Source: Azolla caroliniana (taxonomy: Eukaryota > Plantae > Polypodiophyta). From it: 64,000 bases of DNA. This document shows positions 33,001 through 47,403 of the stretch, one piece after another; within the stretch, counting starts at the first letter, position 1, and each line of letters begins with the position of its first letter. The stretch is from positions 24,242,001 through 24,306,000 of the forward strand of contig JBHGNT010000005.1 in NCBI GenBank assembly GCA_043228905.1. The letters are read 5' to 3'. The position numbers and the translations under genes were made by a program. The notes beneath the pieces are model-generated. The model saw only the letters and a list, made by a program, of their open reading frames with translations, was not told the DNA's origin and searched no databases.

Positions 33001-35274
33001 AAAAACCAAGAAGATCATTAAAATGGACAATAAACTAAGAAAAGCAAAGACATTAACAACTAAAAAAGTTTGATAATAATTAAGAAATATATGTAACATA
33101 GGTATATACAAATGTACTCACAAATGCCACATAAGGTCAATATTATGACACACATACACACACATAGTTAAAACTATCCCATGCTTATGACTTTAAATAT
33201 AATCCTTATGCAATTATTTCTTCTGTTACTCCTAATAAAATGTTTTAAAGTATTATACAAAATAACATCAAAATCAAAACTTTGTGAGTCTTTGCTCAAG
33301 GTATTATATACCTCCATGATTGTGATACAAGGAAGAAATGCATTTTACATACTATCCATGCATAACGCTTTTTTCCCCCCTAGAAAATATCCTTTCATTA
33401 GTTATAAACAATATTACAAGAAAGTTGACCCATTGTCAAGCTACCATTGGTATGTTGCATTCTTCCTTAGGTCCCATCCCTCAAGGATAAATAGTATAAC
33501 ACTCCACCACTCCATAACCAACTTATGTGATTGGTGGTGGGAACCATACTGGTGGTGCTAAGCACCATTTGGGTCTTGCATTTTGTAATGTGAGAAAAGG
33601 GGCGTTCTTCCAATAGGCAATAAATTCGAGGCGTTGCAACACTGCAACATTTGTCTCACCTTTAATTTCCTCATACCGCCCTTTCAAGGTATGGACCATC
33701 TGCATCCAGACATTCCTTACACTTTCCACTGGATGAACAGTAGTATTACCAAACACCTTAGAACACCTAGCAATCCAAATAAACCACATTATGGTGGTGC
33801 ATAACAGCTCCCATACTTCTTGCATTGCCTTTAACATATAAGGAGCTTCCATATGACTTCGTTGCACCACCGTTATCCTTCCTCTTTGAATTCTAACAAT
33901 CGTGTCATTTGGACATGCCTCATATGGCCACATCATTTGAGCCATTGTAACCCATACTACCATACCCCACGAAAAACTGTCATCCCTAAACATAAAGGCT
34001 AGAATTCGAAACACTCGTCTCCAAACTTATTGTGCAACATGACATTCCCACAAGCAATGTTTCAATGTCTCCATATGACTTCATCCAAGCATAACACTTC
34101 TACCTTATATAACCAAATTATGTACATTTGGAAAGTTCAACAACACATCTACTCCATTATGGATCAATTTACTTAAGAAAGATACACACACACACACACA
34201 CATCTATGTATATATATTAGCTTAAACTAGGATAGAAAGAACACTATCCGCCCATAGCATTTGATCTTACATACCCAAATAATGCATTGCATAAACATCT
34301 TGAATGAAGCCCAATCAACTTTCAAGATATTTGGAAAGTTCAAAGTTCACGATGGATATATGTATATATAAAGAATATACTTGGACATTAGATCCAACAA
34401 TCATGTTGGGTTCGTCATATGTTTTTCCTTCTTGATTTCTTCTCTCTTGCCATTTCCTCTTCACTACAAACCCAACCTACATGGTAGATGTGCCAACAAT
34501 TGGTTCATTATCCTTCAACAACAAGTGAAAATGACAAGCAATTATGTTTACACCTATCGTGCATATGCATTAAAAGGGTTGGGACATATCTTCCAAAGGT
34601 CATCTATCATATGACCATTTTATCATAAGAGTGACCAATCATATGGTCACTCATAACATCAGTAATTAGATGGTCATCATCGTACCATATTGATTACATA
34701 CCATACATTTTACATATACACACATCCATTACTCCACATAAGTATGAGATATAGCAATATAGATTACATACCTGCGTAGCTACGGTTGGTAGGTATTCAT
34801 CAAAGTCAATGTAGTTCTTGTTTGATGATTGGGTGATGAACTAAACTCTAAATTCCCTGTCAAGACATACATACAATTGCAACATCTACCTTTCCACCCC
34901 CAAACAAAAAAGAAAAAGAATGAGGGAGGAAAATGAAAGAACAAAGAAATATTTGACACAGAGAAGAATTAGCAGCAACCTAAAACCCTAAACCGACTGT
35001 TAGGGTTTCAATTTGCGTAGTCATCTTCTTTGTTTTCCGCTCCCGCCCTTGCTCACCACAAAAATAAGATTTCAAAATTCTCTTCCTAGACCATAGTTTA
35101 TATATATGGGTTAGAGTCGAGCTTCCCATAAAGTGAAATTTGAGTGCACATTTTTTTATTATCCACGTCAGACGGTGCAGATCGCACACACCCTCAACTG
35201 TGCGACTTGCACCATCCATGCGAGCGATTCCCTCATTTGCCCTCTTCAATATTTGGTAGTAGTTAGACACGTCG
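30026..35274. mobile_element. MULE-family element copy B (non-autonomous, degenerate)
   Basis: Same TIR as copy A at ~30026-30145 and inverted at ~35160-35274. Subterminal CCAGGAGCC repeats at 30160-30275. Flanked by TATG-type microsatellites. Confidence 0.75.
33523..34080 (-). pseudogene. L1-like LINE ORF2 C-terminal fragment (RT zinc-binding region onward)
   Basis: ETLKHCLWECHVAQ*VWRRVF and IMWFIWIARCSKVF match plant L1 zf-RVT and downstream motifs. Confidence 0.7.
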
Positions 35275-37397
35275 ATACATGCATGCATGCATGTTATGTT
35301 ATGTTATGTTATGTATGTATGTATGTAGTTCCACGAGTAGTTTTAAAATAATTGCAATGTATACCCTCATGATTTCCAGTATCTCGTGCCGTACCCCTCC
35401 TTCGTAGTCTCAACACCACCATTGCTCCTCACATCCTCATGTTCGTCCATTCCAAGCATGTGTTGCTCACCCGTATACTCTAGAGCATGCTATCACCTTT
35501 ATATACCCTTTGCCATCTCAAACACATTGTGCTTTCATACCCAACTTGTAAGTTGTTGTCGTTCTAAGGACAAACATAACTTCTAGATCGATCATCAATT
35601 CTGTTCGGTTCAATTGATCGACTAGTTGCTAATCCACGTAGGTTAAACAAAAGGGAGTTGATATTGAAAGGATGTGAATATCCTACCTAAACATGTTTTA
35701 TTTACGTGGGGCAATTATAGTACTTCGTGATCTACATAAATGCAGATGTGGCTGGCTCAAAAATGGCATTTGAACATTTATGTCTCCTTGTAGAGCATAT
35801 TCGTTAGGATGGCTTAAATTGGCAACTATTGAATGTCATAGGGAAATCCATCTTCTCATCCACGAGTTGTGGTAACCACAAAAGTGAATGCATTTGTAAG
35901 AACGTGGAACTTTTTATCCGAGTCTAATGATAAGAGGATTGTTGTCCTAGGCAAGGCAATCCTTCAACCACTTCTTCATAATAATACATTGGTGTTGATT
36001 ATAACCCTTAGCCTTCCAAGTTGATGATGTTGAATTTATTCCTATGGCCTGCTAAAAATAGACACCAAGGGTGAACGTGTTATCCAAAATGACTCTACTT
36101 TTCTTTATTGTTTATAGATTGTGTTGCAAATAAAAACTCTTGTATGTTTATGACATGGTGCACTTGCTCTAGCTTCTTGATCGTTATTATCATAACTCTC
36201 AGTGTTGTATAAACTAGTCCCGCATTCATGAACACTTTAATGACGCATTGGTAATAATACTGCATAATTCATGAAGCCTTGATACAATTTCTCATTAGTT
36301 GGAGTCAACATGTCTACTATTAGGTTGAATTTAGCCTTGTCAATAGATATGCCTTCGAAGTTCGCCTCCTCGATTGTTCATCGTTGGAACCCCCATGGTC
36401 CTACTCAAGTAGCACACGCATGCGTGTTTACGTGACAATGTTCTAAAGAGGGAGGGGGGATAGGGAACAACACATCACATGTTTGTTTTGGAGATTGGAT
36501 GAGGTTACCACAAGACAATGAAGTGTGTAAGGTGTCGTTGGTCTCATGATCTTCCTCTTTAAAAGTTAGACCTTCATATTTTGTTTTCATTTCCTATATT
36601 GTTTTCATTAGCTTTTATCTTAAAGGTGTGGTGAAAAGCACTAGACCTTGAAACCTCTTGCCTCTAAGGGCATCAATAAGTAATATGTAGTTTGTTGTTC
36701 CAAGGATGAACCAGCATAGCTAGCTACCTTTGAAGTGTCACTTGTGACAAAGAGCATGTAGGAGCCTTTCTAGTTGGCTATCAATAGTGTATTGCTTTTG
36801 GGCATTGCTCGAGAAGAATGCGTGCAGTTGTGGAGGTCACGTCATTGATTACCCAAATGACATCTGTCATCAACTGCTACTACAGGGGGGAGAGCAATTC
36901 CTTTTGTGGTCACGTGCGGCAGTTCATGGGTTTCAGTTGACGAGGTGGTGCTTCCTTTGGCAGCTTGGCGATACTCGTCGACAATCGCCATTAACGAAGA
37001 GACACATTTGGAGAGGCAATTACTACAATTTAACAAAACCATTAGTAATTGCGATCTCGAGGTAGTAAGTTACGGTGGCAGCATCGAGTGTTGGATGCAA
37101 AAGAGAAAGAAAGAATGGAAAATGTTCATCTTCTATGGCGATGTGTGGAAGAGAGGTCTACCGGGGTTTTTTTTTTGTATGCCTCGAGGGAGGGGTATTT
37201 CTTGAGGTTTCATGGAAACTTGGGAGAGGGGCATTTTGGTAAATATCCAAAACCTGAGCCACAAAATCATACACAGACAATCTCTGTGTTGTTACGCAGA
37301 GTACTTCGTGAAGAAGAAGAAGAAGAAGAAGAAGACAGGGGAAAACAGGGGAAGACAGGCGAAGAAGAAAGACGAGAGCAGAAGGTCGCCCCCCTCC

Positions 37398-40300
37398 ATG
37401 GCTGGAAACTCTCAGGGAGTTCATGGGCAAACTCACGCAGGTGTTTCCTTTCACCCTCCGAAGCGCTGGCATGTTCGATCTGGTCAGGCCATGTGCGCCA
37501 TCATGTGGTATCATCTCTTCTCTTCTCTCTCAGTCTCTTTCTCGTCTCATCTCATATCATCTCATATCATCTCATATGGTAATAGTATGTCATGTGTTAT
37601 TTGCTGTGTTCTGTGTGCTGTGAAATGTGATATATCATGACATATGATATTATGTGATACATTTTTTTTGTTTTATAATTCACCCTTCTTCTTCTACTGA
37701 TCCCATGGACATCTTAGGTTTTGGGTCCTGTACAGAGCTAAGGAAGATGGACCTGTTCTCCTAGTATGTTTCCGAAAACAAACATCAGAATTTGGTTTGC
37801 CATGTCGTTTTTGGGATTAAAATTTGAAGGATTTTGAGGGTAACTTGATGTGACGAAATAGGGCTGGCGTCACCCTTGGGATGGGCATGGACATGGACAT
37901 GATGATGGCCATGGCAAGGAGTCACATTCGAAGGTATGTATGCTTCATTTTTTTCCGATAAAGTTCTCTTACATTACAGCATAGGAAATTATGAGTAAAT
38001 GTCAAAAGTTGGAGAAAAATCTGAATTTATATGTGGCGAAAAAACTCTTTACTAGTCTAGTTTCCTTAAATGTTTTCCTTTCTCTTTACTAATCTGTTTT
38101 CTTTTTGATCGAGTATTATGGGAGATTATAGGAAAATACCAGTTTTAGGGGGAAACAATTTCTTTACTTCTTAGATAAATCTCTTTTTCGCCTCAGAAAA
38201 TAGCACACTTTTTAGGATTTGGCAGAACCTTTATAGATTTTAACATTCCTTTTCTGATTGGCCAAGATTTAATTTCTTGCATGAAATGAATGGAAGCTAC
38301 AATATAATACCATATAAATAAATAGGATGTTAGCACAGAGACTATATATTTCGAAGAGGTTTTGTTCTTGTCATAAATCAAATTTTAACTGAAACTTTGC
38401 ATTTTATTGAATGACAAGAATCTGTTCCCACAGCACAGGTCAAGATAACGCTTCCATGTAATCAATATATACATGCAGTGTTTAGTACTGCCTTTTTTTA
38501 TTAGTGATTGCCCTCTCTCATTGCCCACATGTAGTGTTTGTTCCCTAAACGTGCAATTGAAATGATTAATTAGATGAATGAAAGTAAATTTGAGAGATTG
38601 TATGCTTGAGCAAACCAATCCCACTGATCAGAGGCCTGATTTCGGTGGGTAGATAAGTGGGTGCATCCTGTTCTACATCAACCATAGAAATTAGTGGATC
38701 CATGAATGAAAAGAATCAAAGAAGAAATGTAATCAGGTAGTGAAATCTCTATATACAACGTCCATAGTTTGTTTCCAGAACATAGCCATGGCTAACCTTA
38801 ATTTGACCTCAAAATTCAAATGCATCATTAAAGCATAGTTACATGTAACATTTGCCACAGTATCAGGCTTAGTTCACATTTTCTTAAAAGCACATCATTA
38901 TCCTAGAAATCATGTATGAGACTCGAGAGATATTGACAAACATCAACACAAACTGACAACCCTCATCTATAACTAGAGACTCAAATTGCTATTTAAGTGG
39001 CTGGTGGAGGATGACGTTCCTTCTGTTGGCTGATGATGGCACTTTCCTGAAGTAACGAAGATGCTCAAGGCATATGTAGGGGAATTACCCGAGGGAAAGT
39101 TTTTCTTTATAAGCCAACTTCTGAAGGCTAATATAGCAAGGTTCACCACAGATCCTTTCCAAGAATTCCAAGAACGTGATGTAGTAACTTGTCTTTACGA
39201 AAAATCAGCTCAAGTTTATTGTTCATGCGAATCCTATCGCCTGCAAACTTCAAGTGTACCACTAACATTGACAGTCATGAAGAGTTTGAAGCTGAGCAAG
39301 GTTCACAGCTGATCCTTTCCAAGATTTCCAAGAGTCAATAGCTTGTCTTCATGACTCCCTGTTCGTCGCGGTCTTAACAAAAATCATTTGCTCAAGGTTT
39401 ATCAGCCATGAGAATCCTATCACCATCCTGCTTAACTGTGCCACTACAAATTAAAATTGATGATTGTGAAGAGTTTGGTGCTGTGCATGATTAAAAAAAT
39501 AGAGTGAACCACGTGGCATACTCGAGTAAAGTGTATCACGATGGCTACACTAATGAGTTCATGTGGAGACCTGTTTTCTTCTGGAGATAATAAAATGGCA
39601 AGAGACAAGTTTGGAATATCAATAGGTGCCATTGTTTTCCATTAGTTGTGCTACACATAAAACTTCTGGTACTTCAATAATTAGGTGTTTCTAGATGGAA
39701 CTAAACACTGTGAATGCAAGTAATGAATCATGTGTCAAAAGGTTCACGCCTTAACAAGCACATCCTTCTGAGAAAGTTAAAAGTAAGTAGGTATCTAAGA
39801 CATAAACAAGAGAGGTAGCGTAGATGTATCAAAGTGTCATGAAGAGAGACAAAGATTGAACTTGTGTAAACTTCAACGAGGAGACTAAACCATTGAGTTA
39901 GAGAAACTCACTCAGAATGTCCATATTGATATAATGTGGTCTGTGCAGAAGGGGAGAATGTATGTTGAAGAAAAAACATTTTGATAGTTATGAGGATAAA
40001 CATATGTAAAAATTAAGAGGACCATAGTGCAGGGAAATGTCATATGCAGTGAAAAAAAATGAGAGAAGTATTTGTTAGTTTTGACTTTTGTTGCCACAGC
40101 CGCTACATGGCTCCTCCCCTGCCTTTGTCCTACATAGGGTAGGCTTGCCTTATTTCCGGCCTCTTTTCAGAATGGAGTAGGAGAAAGGTTGAACCAAACC
40201 ATGTAGAATAGGGTATACTTGATGCTACAATACCGAATACCACTATAGAACAACATTAGAAGAAGAGTGTCTCTTGAGCTATTGGATTTAGACCAGAAGG

Positions 40301-40554
40301 AGAATAGTGCAATGGGGTTGAAAAGCACAAGGCAACATGGAGGAAAACAATATGATGAATGAAGTGATGCCAAAATGTTGTCATGAAAAAAAATAAAAGT
40401 TGTCATCAATTGTGAGATAAATTGGGAGAGGTAGCTCCTAATCAATCAACTCCATTAATGTAATGCTATGTGTGTGTATGCATATTTTTCAAGCAGGTGG
40501 TTATTCTCTTTATAATGTCTGTGTATATGATTGGCTTTGCAGGCACATCATTGA
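37398..40554 (+). CDS. NDUFB2: NADH dehydrogenase [ubiquinone] 1 beta subcomplex subunit 2 (AGGG)-like, 79 aa, 4 exons
   Basis: Exons 37398-37507, 37718-37763, 37862-37933, 40543-40554 (last exon least certain) give MAGNSQGVHGQTHAGVSFHPPKRWHVRSGQAMCAIMWFWVLYRAKEDGPVLLGWRHPWDGHGHGHDDGHGKESHSKAHH. This matches the plant NDUFB2 signature WFWxLYRAKxDGPVxxGWRHPW. Confidence 0.9.
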
Positions 40555-42222
40555 TGTTTCCTTATTCTTGATGATGACAAGGTGCAGTAGATGAATCAAT
40601 GCATGTAATGAGTAAAGAATTTATCTTTTTATATTTAAAAAATAAAGCTCCTTGTGAGAAATTGCTGCTGCAGTAACATTCATGTTGGTTGCTTACTGCC
40701 AAAGTCTATGTTGTGTACATCTGGGGTATTGCTTTTAATTATAGAATGCCTCAAGAGAATTTCAAGCAGTATACATGTTTTATAATGGTCTTGATTAGAC
40801 TTTTTAACAAACCCCTGTTTTCTAAGTTCAATGACATCACAAATGTTTAACCAAGTCTTTAGTGCCAAGTGCCGATTCTGCAGCAATTGTGTATTTTAAA
40901 GTATTGTTATGGCAAAATTTTGTTAAATATTAGGTTGCACCAATCTGCGAAAGCCCCTGGCAGGATCCTTTTAATATTTCATGATTTGAAATTTTAATTC
41001 CATTACTCAAATTAGCTACCACAATGCATCATCATCCTTCTGTTATAGGTTTTGCACAGTTAAGTTAACATTTCAAGGTTTATAACTTTCTCCACACCTA
41101 TAGGCTATGAGTAACCATTTCCAAGGAACATGAATCTAGTGAAGATTAAAATGACTTTTATGCTTGTTATGCATTTGAATCTCATATTCATACACCTTTA
41201 TGAGTTAGAAAATTTGGCGTATAATGTCTTTCCATCTTTCTCCATATTCAATTCATTGGAATCAGCTCCGAGATTTTTTGTAGGTTTGCAAGCTTTTGTT
41301 TATAATATAGATTAAATGGCGTGACATTGAGTGACTGTTACTGTTAATGTGATGTTTAATGAGAGAAAGCCTTGGTTCTGGAATTTGAACCTTTGGCTCA
41401 CATGTAGTTGAAGGGTTTTCCTCTCATGTTTCTAAAACTACTGTAGTGTGTTGCAATTTGTGGGGCATTGATGTGGCTTCCTTGATTGACATATACCACC
41501 CCTAACCATTAATTGTCGTGCATTGTATGAAGATATTTAGTTGAACACATGACTGCAACAGAATGTTATTGCTTTGTATGCATAAAGTGATTGTTTTTTG
41601 TGCATATTGAATCAGACTTAGAAAACTGCAAGTTGTGTTAATTGCAATAGATATTGTAGATTTGTATATGCAACAGTGACCAAACAGAGATTTTGAACTT
41701 AAATAAGTTTCTTGATCTTGGTAGCTGATTTGAATATCAACATTATGCTAGCATGAGGATGAAAGGTGAGTGACAAGAAGCAAGGGAAACTCTATTTTTA
41801 AGGATGTGCTGTAGAGGTCAATGCTTTAGCATTGTGTATCTTAAGCATAATGAATATATTGACAATATAATATTTAACGTTGGCAAAGTGAACTTTTAAA
41901 CTTGCAATCCTACAATCAATCATATTGTTGGAGCTTTTGGCAATTAACACTAGTTCATGCGTTAGAGGAGCATAGAAACATGCTAGTATTATCAAAAAGA
42001 TCTAGTACATGCTGGAAAGAAACCACCACAATTGGTTATCCATAATAGCTTATGACCATAGGCATAAATATAGACACAAGTAAACTTGATGGAATGTTAG
42101 ATAATCTACTTCATGGACCCATGAAACCTATTATTGCTCCAAAGGCTTGGTTTTTGGTACAATATATTTTGAGGTCAAAATTGAGGGGATGTGCAAGAAG
42201 AGTGTTTAACCCATGCCCATAA

Positions 42223-45200
42223 TGTTGGGAATTCGGTCCCTCCGGATGGGATCCGGATGAGATTTGGAGGAGCCGGATTGGAGGAGCCGAAGGAAGGAAC
42301 CGGATCGTATGTAGCAACCGGACTGGACCGGAAGATATCCTGATGGATCCGGTGTGAACCGGATCTAGGGACATATTTGCAAATATATTTCTGGTGTACC
42401 TATAAAGGCTATATTTGTAAATAGTCTTAAATTCATATAAATATAAATATGACTTAGGGCAATCACTTTGTAGTGTGAGTGTTGTTGTTAATTGTATCAT
42501 AGTAGTACATAGAGAGAGAGAAGTGAAGCCGCCGGTTTACGAAGATACAGAGCTCGAGGTCGTTGCCTCTGAGTCTCCTGTTGTACCTTCTTCCTCATAT
42601 AGTGATAGTTGGAGTTTATGGGCTCCCGTGGTTTTTTCCAATTAGGGCTTTCACATCCTGTGTCGTCTCTTCTGTGTAAGTGTACGAACCTCCATTTCTG
42701 TTTTGTTCTTTCATAAAGTGTTTGAGTCTCGGTTGTGGCCGAGCGCTATTCCGCACAAACTGGTATCAGACCAAACAAGAAAATGGAAGAGTCATTCGGA
42801 AGCATGTTCAAGCTCATCGGCACCCACTGCCCAATGTGGAAGTCGAAGATGAGGGACATGCTCGTGGTCAAAGATCTCTAAATGCAGGTACAGTTCGGGG
42901 ACAAGAAACCGGAGAAGATCGATGCCACAACATGGGAGGTGATGCACATGAAGACGACATCATACATTAGATGCTTCATCGACATGAGCCTGTACAACAA
43001 CTTCAACGAAGAAAGCAAGGCTCATGAACTCTGGGAGAAGGTAGGCATCATGTTCTAGAACAAGAATGTCGTGAATCGAGTCTTGGTTTTCCGGAAGCTG
43101 GTGAGACTCAGATATCAAGACGACTCTAATATGGCGGAGCACATGAATGCCTTCCAGGGGCTCATAAATCAAGCCACCTCGTTGGAAGTACCTCTGGTCG
43201 ATGAGGTACTTGCGTTGCTATAGCTCAGTTCCCTCCCGGATAGTTGGGAGACGCTAGTTGTCACTTTGGGTAACGCCGGGCCAAAGGAAAGCAACTATCC
43301 CTAACAAGAGTGAAGTCGAGCTTGCTAGATGAAGAGGCGAGTCGGAAAGACAAGTGATCTCCGACCCAAAAACCCTGATTTCTGAATCCGACACACAACG
43401 AGGGAGAAACCGGTACCAGAGTCCCCAAAACCGGGAAAATTCGGGGACAAGATCAAAGTCAAGGCGGATGCCTACTTGCTTCTATTGTGGGAAGCCAAGA
43501 CACTTCCAGAAGAACTGTCGGCATTTTCGGTAAGAGAAAGGGACCGACAACACCGATTCGAAGAAGAGTTCGACTGAAATGGTTCGGACCGGAGCGGTCC
43601 GGATCGGAAAGGAACGTCAGCGATCATGACAAGTGAAGAAGAACTGCTGCTCATCACCAAGGAGAATGAGTTAAACCTTGTTGGCGACGAGACAACGTGG
43701 GTTGTCAATTCCGGAGCATTGTTCCACCTGACGCCGGACCGGAAATGCTTCTCATCCTACACTCCCAGAGATCACGATTGTGTAGGATGGGGAATGAAGG
43801 GTCATGCCGAATTGTCGACATAGGAGATGTGTGGTTGACGACATCAACCAGGTGCAAACTGTGGCTGAAGGATGTTTGACACGTTCCGAAGGTTCGGTTG
43901 AACTTGATATCAGCCGGTCGGCTAGATGATAAAGGCTACACGGGTGGCATGTGGAACGGAGGCATGAAATTCAGCAAAGGAAGCCTGATCGTGGCTTGAG
44001 CCCGGAAGATCAACATGCTATACATGATGCACGCCCGGATATGGCGGGAAGAAGTGAACGTAGCATCTGACAATACCGGTGAGCTGTGGCACAAGAGACT
44101 GTGTCATATGAGCCAGAAGGGGATGAGAAGACTTGCCGAAGATAACCTCATTCTGGAGGTGAAAGACGTGCATCTTGAGAAGTGCACCGATTGCTTGGCC
44201 GGCAAGCAAAACCGAACCTCCTTCTGGTCAAGACCACCGATGAGACAGAATGTATCACTGGAGCTAGTGCATACCGATGTGAGTCAAGTGGACATGAAGT
44301 CACATGCTGGATTGCAGTACTTTGTGACGTTCATAGACGACCACAGCCGTAAGTTGTGGGTCTCACCATTGAAGACGAAGGATCAGGTGTTGTCCGTCTT
44401 CAAGGAGTTCTGTGCGAGAGTGGAAAGGGAAACTGGCTAGAACCTAAAGGCGGTTCGAGTAGATAACGGAGGTGAATACCGGGGGTAGTTCGAGGAATAC
44501 TAGTGGTCGAAGGGAATCTGGCTTGAATTCACTGTGCCAAAGACGCCGAAATTGAACATGCTGGCTGAACTGATGAACCAGACCATAATGGAGAGAGTCC
44601 GAAGCATGCTAGGACATGTAAAGTTATCTAAGAAGTTTTGGGTTGAGACGCTGATGACGATGACGTATGTGATTAACAGATCACCCTCAGCACCCTTGGA
44701 AGGAGACACACCACAAAGAGTATGGACCGGTAAAGACGTGTCTTACCGGCATTTGAAGGTGTTGGGGTGTCTCGCATATGTGCATGTCACAAAGGACAAG
44801 AGAGCAAAGTTGGACCCAAAGTCCCGGACATGCATATTCCTTTGATACAACGATGATGAGTTTGGTTATGGAGTGTGGGATTTGGTCGACAAGAAGGTGT
44901 TCTGGAGTCGGGACATAGTCTTCATGGAAGACAAGACCATTGCCGACTAGGAGTCGGAGAAGAAGATGATAGACTCCGGATCAACCAACGAAAACCGATT
45001 TGAGGACACGAGGACTTACTCGGTTGAAAACCGAAAGTTAGCCGGTAACCGGATGACACTCGATGAACTGACCGGATTCGGACAAGAAACCGAACCAACC
45101 AAACAGGAAGAAGAAGAAGACACCGGAACCGGACAAGACCCCGAATCAGATTCGGATTCGGAGCAAACAGAGGAACCGGTAGTTGGAAATCAAGGACGGA

Positions 45201-47403
45201 GATATCCTCTAAGAGAGAGAAGAGCCCCCCAGAGATTTCCGGATGCAAAGCATGTGTTGTTAACAGATGAAGGGGAGCCGGAAAGCTTCGAAGAAGCAAA
45301 GAAAGACACCCACAACTGCAAGTGGTTGAAAGCCATGCAGGATGAGATGGATTCCTTGCATGAGAACCATACATATGAGCTGATGGAGTTGCTGAAAGGA
45401 AAGAGGGCACTCTGGAACAAGTGGGTGTACAAGTTGAAACCGGGAGATGCCAGAAATCCACCAAGGTACAAAGCCTGGATCGTGGTGAAGGGGTTTCAAT
45501 AGAAGAAAGGTGTGGATTTCGATGAGATCTTCGCCCCGGTTGTAAAGATGAGATCCATTTGAACAATATTGAGCATAGTAGCAAGCATGGACCTCGAGGT
45601 CGAGTAGTTGGATGTCAAGACGACGTTCCTTCATGGTGAACTCGAGGAGGAAATCTACATGCAGCAACTAGAAGGATTTGAGAAGAAAGGGAAGGAGCAC
45701 CTGGTGTGCTGGCTGAAGAAGAGCTTATACGGATTGAAGCAAGCTCCCCGACAATGGTACCAAAAGTTTGACTCCTTCATGACCGACCAAGGGTACCACA
45801 AGACGCAAGCCGATCACTGTGTATTTGTGAAGAACTTCGATGGAGGAGACTTCCAAATACTCCTTCTGTACATGGACGACATGCTAATCGTCGGACGATA
45901 CCAAATCAAGATCCGAATGCTGAAGAAGGCTCTGAACCGGACCTTCTCAATGAAAGGTTTGGGTCCGGCAAGACATATTTTGGGGATGCACATCATTTGG
46001 GACCGATCGAAGAAGCTGTTGTGGTTGTCATAGAAGAAGTACGTGACAAAGGTGCTTCAGAGGTTCAACATGGCAGATGCAAAGCCAGTTGGGTCAACAC
46101 TCCCGATGAACTGCAAGCTGTTCGGAAAACGGATCCCGAGGACGAAGGTAGAGAAGTCGGATATGATGAAGATACCATATTATGCCTCTACCGTCGGAAG
46201 CTTGATGTATGCAATGGTGTGCACCCGACCATATATTGCTTATGATGTAGGAGTAGTCAACCGATTCATGAGCAATCCGGGAAGAGAACACTGGAACATG
46301 GTCAAGTGGATACTCCGGTACTTGAAAGGCACCTCGAGTATGTGCCTCCAGTTCGACTCAGGTAAACTCCAACCGGAAGGCTTTACGGATTCGGATATGT
46401 CGGTTGATGTGGATACCAGCCGGTCCACTTCCGGATACGTCATGACATATGTAGGGGGAGCTGTATCGTGGCAGTCGAAGCTGTAGAAGTCCGTTGCACT
46501 GTCAACAATGAAAGCGGAGTACATGGCAGCTGTGGAAGCCGGCAAGGAAGTAATCTGCATAAGGACTTCATTGGAGAGATGGGGATTCGACATGAAGAAT
46601 ACCAGCTCTACTGCGACAACCAAAGTGCCATCTACATGGCTAAGAACGTGACCTACCATTCCTGGACCAAGCACAGCCAGAGAAGATATCACTAGCTCCA
46701 AGAGAAGGTAGAAGATCAAGACGTCGCGCTCATGAAGATCCACACGAAGGAGAACAGGTCGGATATGCTGACCAAGGTGTTGTCAGCCGACAAACTGGAC
46801 ACGTGCTGGAGACGGATCAAACTAACAAGAAATCCCATGCCGGAGTGAAGGGGGAGTTTGTTGGGAATTTGGTCCCTCTGGATCCCATCTGAAGGAGCCG
46901 GATCGGACGAGCCGAAGGAACCAGACCGGATGCAGCAACCGAACCGGACCAGAAGATATCCGGATGGATCCGGTGTGAACCGCATCCATGGATATATCTG
47001 CAAATATGTTTTTGGTGTGCTTGTAAAGGCTATATTTGTAAATAGTTTTAAAGTCATATAATTATAAATATGACTTAGGGCAATCACTTTGTAGTGTGAG
47101 TGTTGTTGTTGTTGTTGTTGTTAGTTGTATCATAGTAGTACAGAGAGAGAGAGAGAGAGAAGTGAAGCCGCTGGTTTGCGAATATATAGAGCTCGAGGTC
47201 GTTGCCTCTGAGTCTCTTGTTGTACCTCCTTTCTCGTATAGTGATAGTTGGAGTTTGTGGCCTCCTGTGGTTTTTCCCAATTAGGGCTTTCCACGTAAAC
47301 ATCCTGTGTCGTCTCTTTTGTGTAAGTGTACAAACCTCCATTTCTGTTTTGTTCGTTCATAAAATGTTTGAGTTTCGGTTGTGGCCGAGCACTATTCTGC
47401 ACA
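42223..47403 (+). mobile_element. Degenerate full-length Ty1/Copia, internally related to the 20348-25828 element
   Basis: LTRs at 42223-42757 and 46859-47403. TSD CATAA at 42218-42222 and 47404-47408. PBS TGGTATCAGA at 42761; PPT GAAGGGGGAG at 46847. gag-pol 42783-46848 has many stops and frameshifts. Confidence 0.93.
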
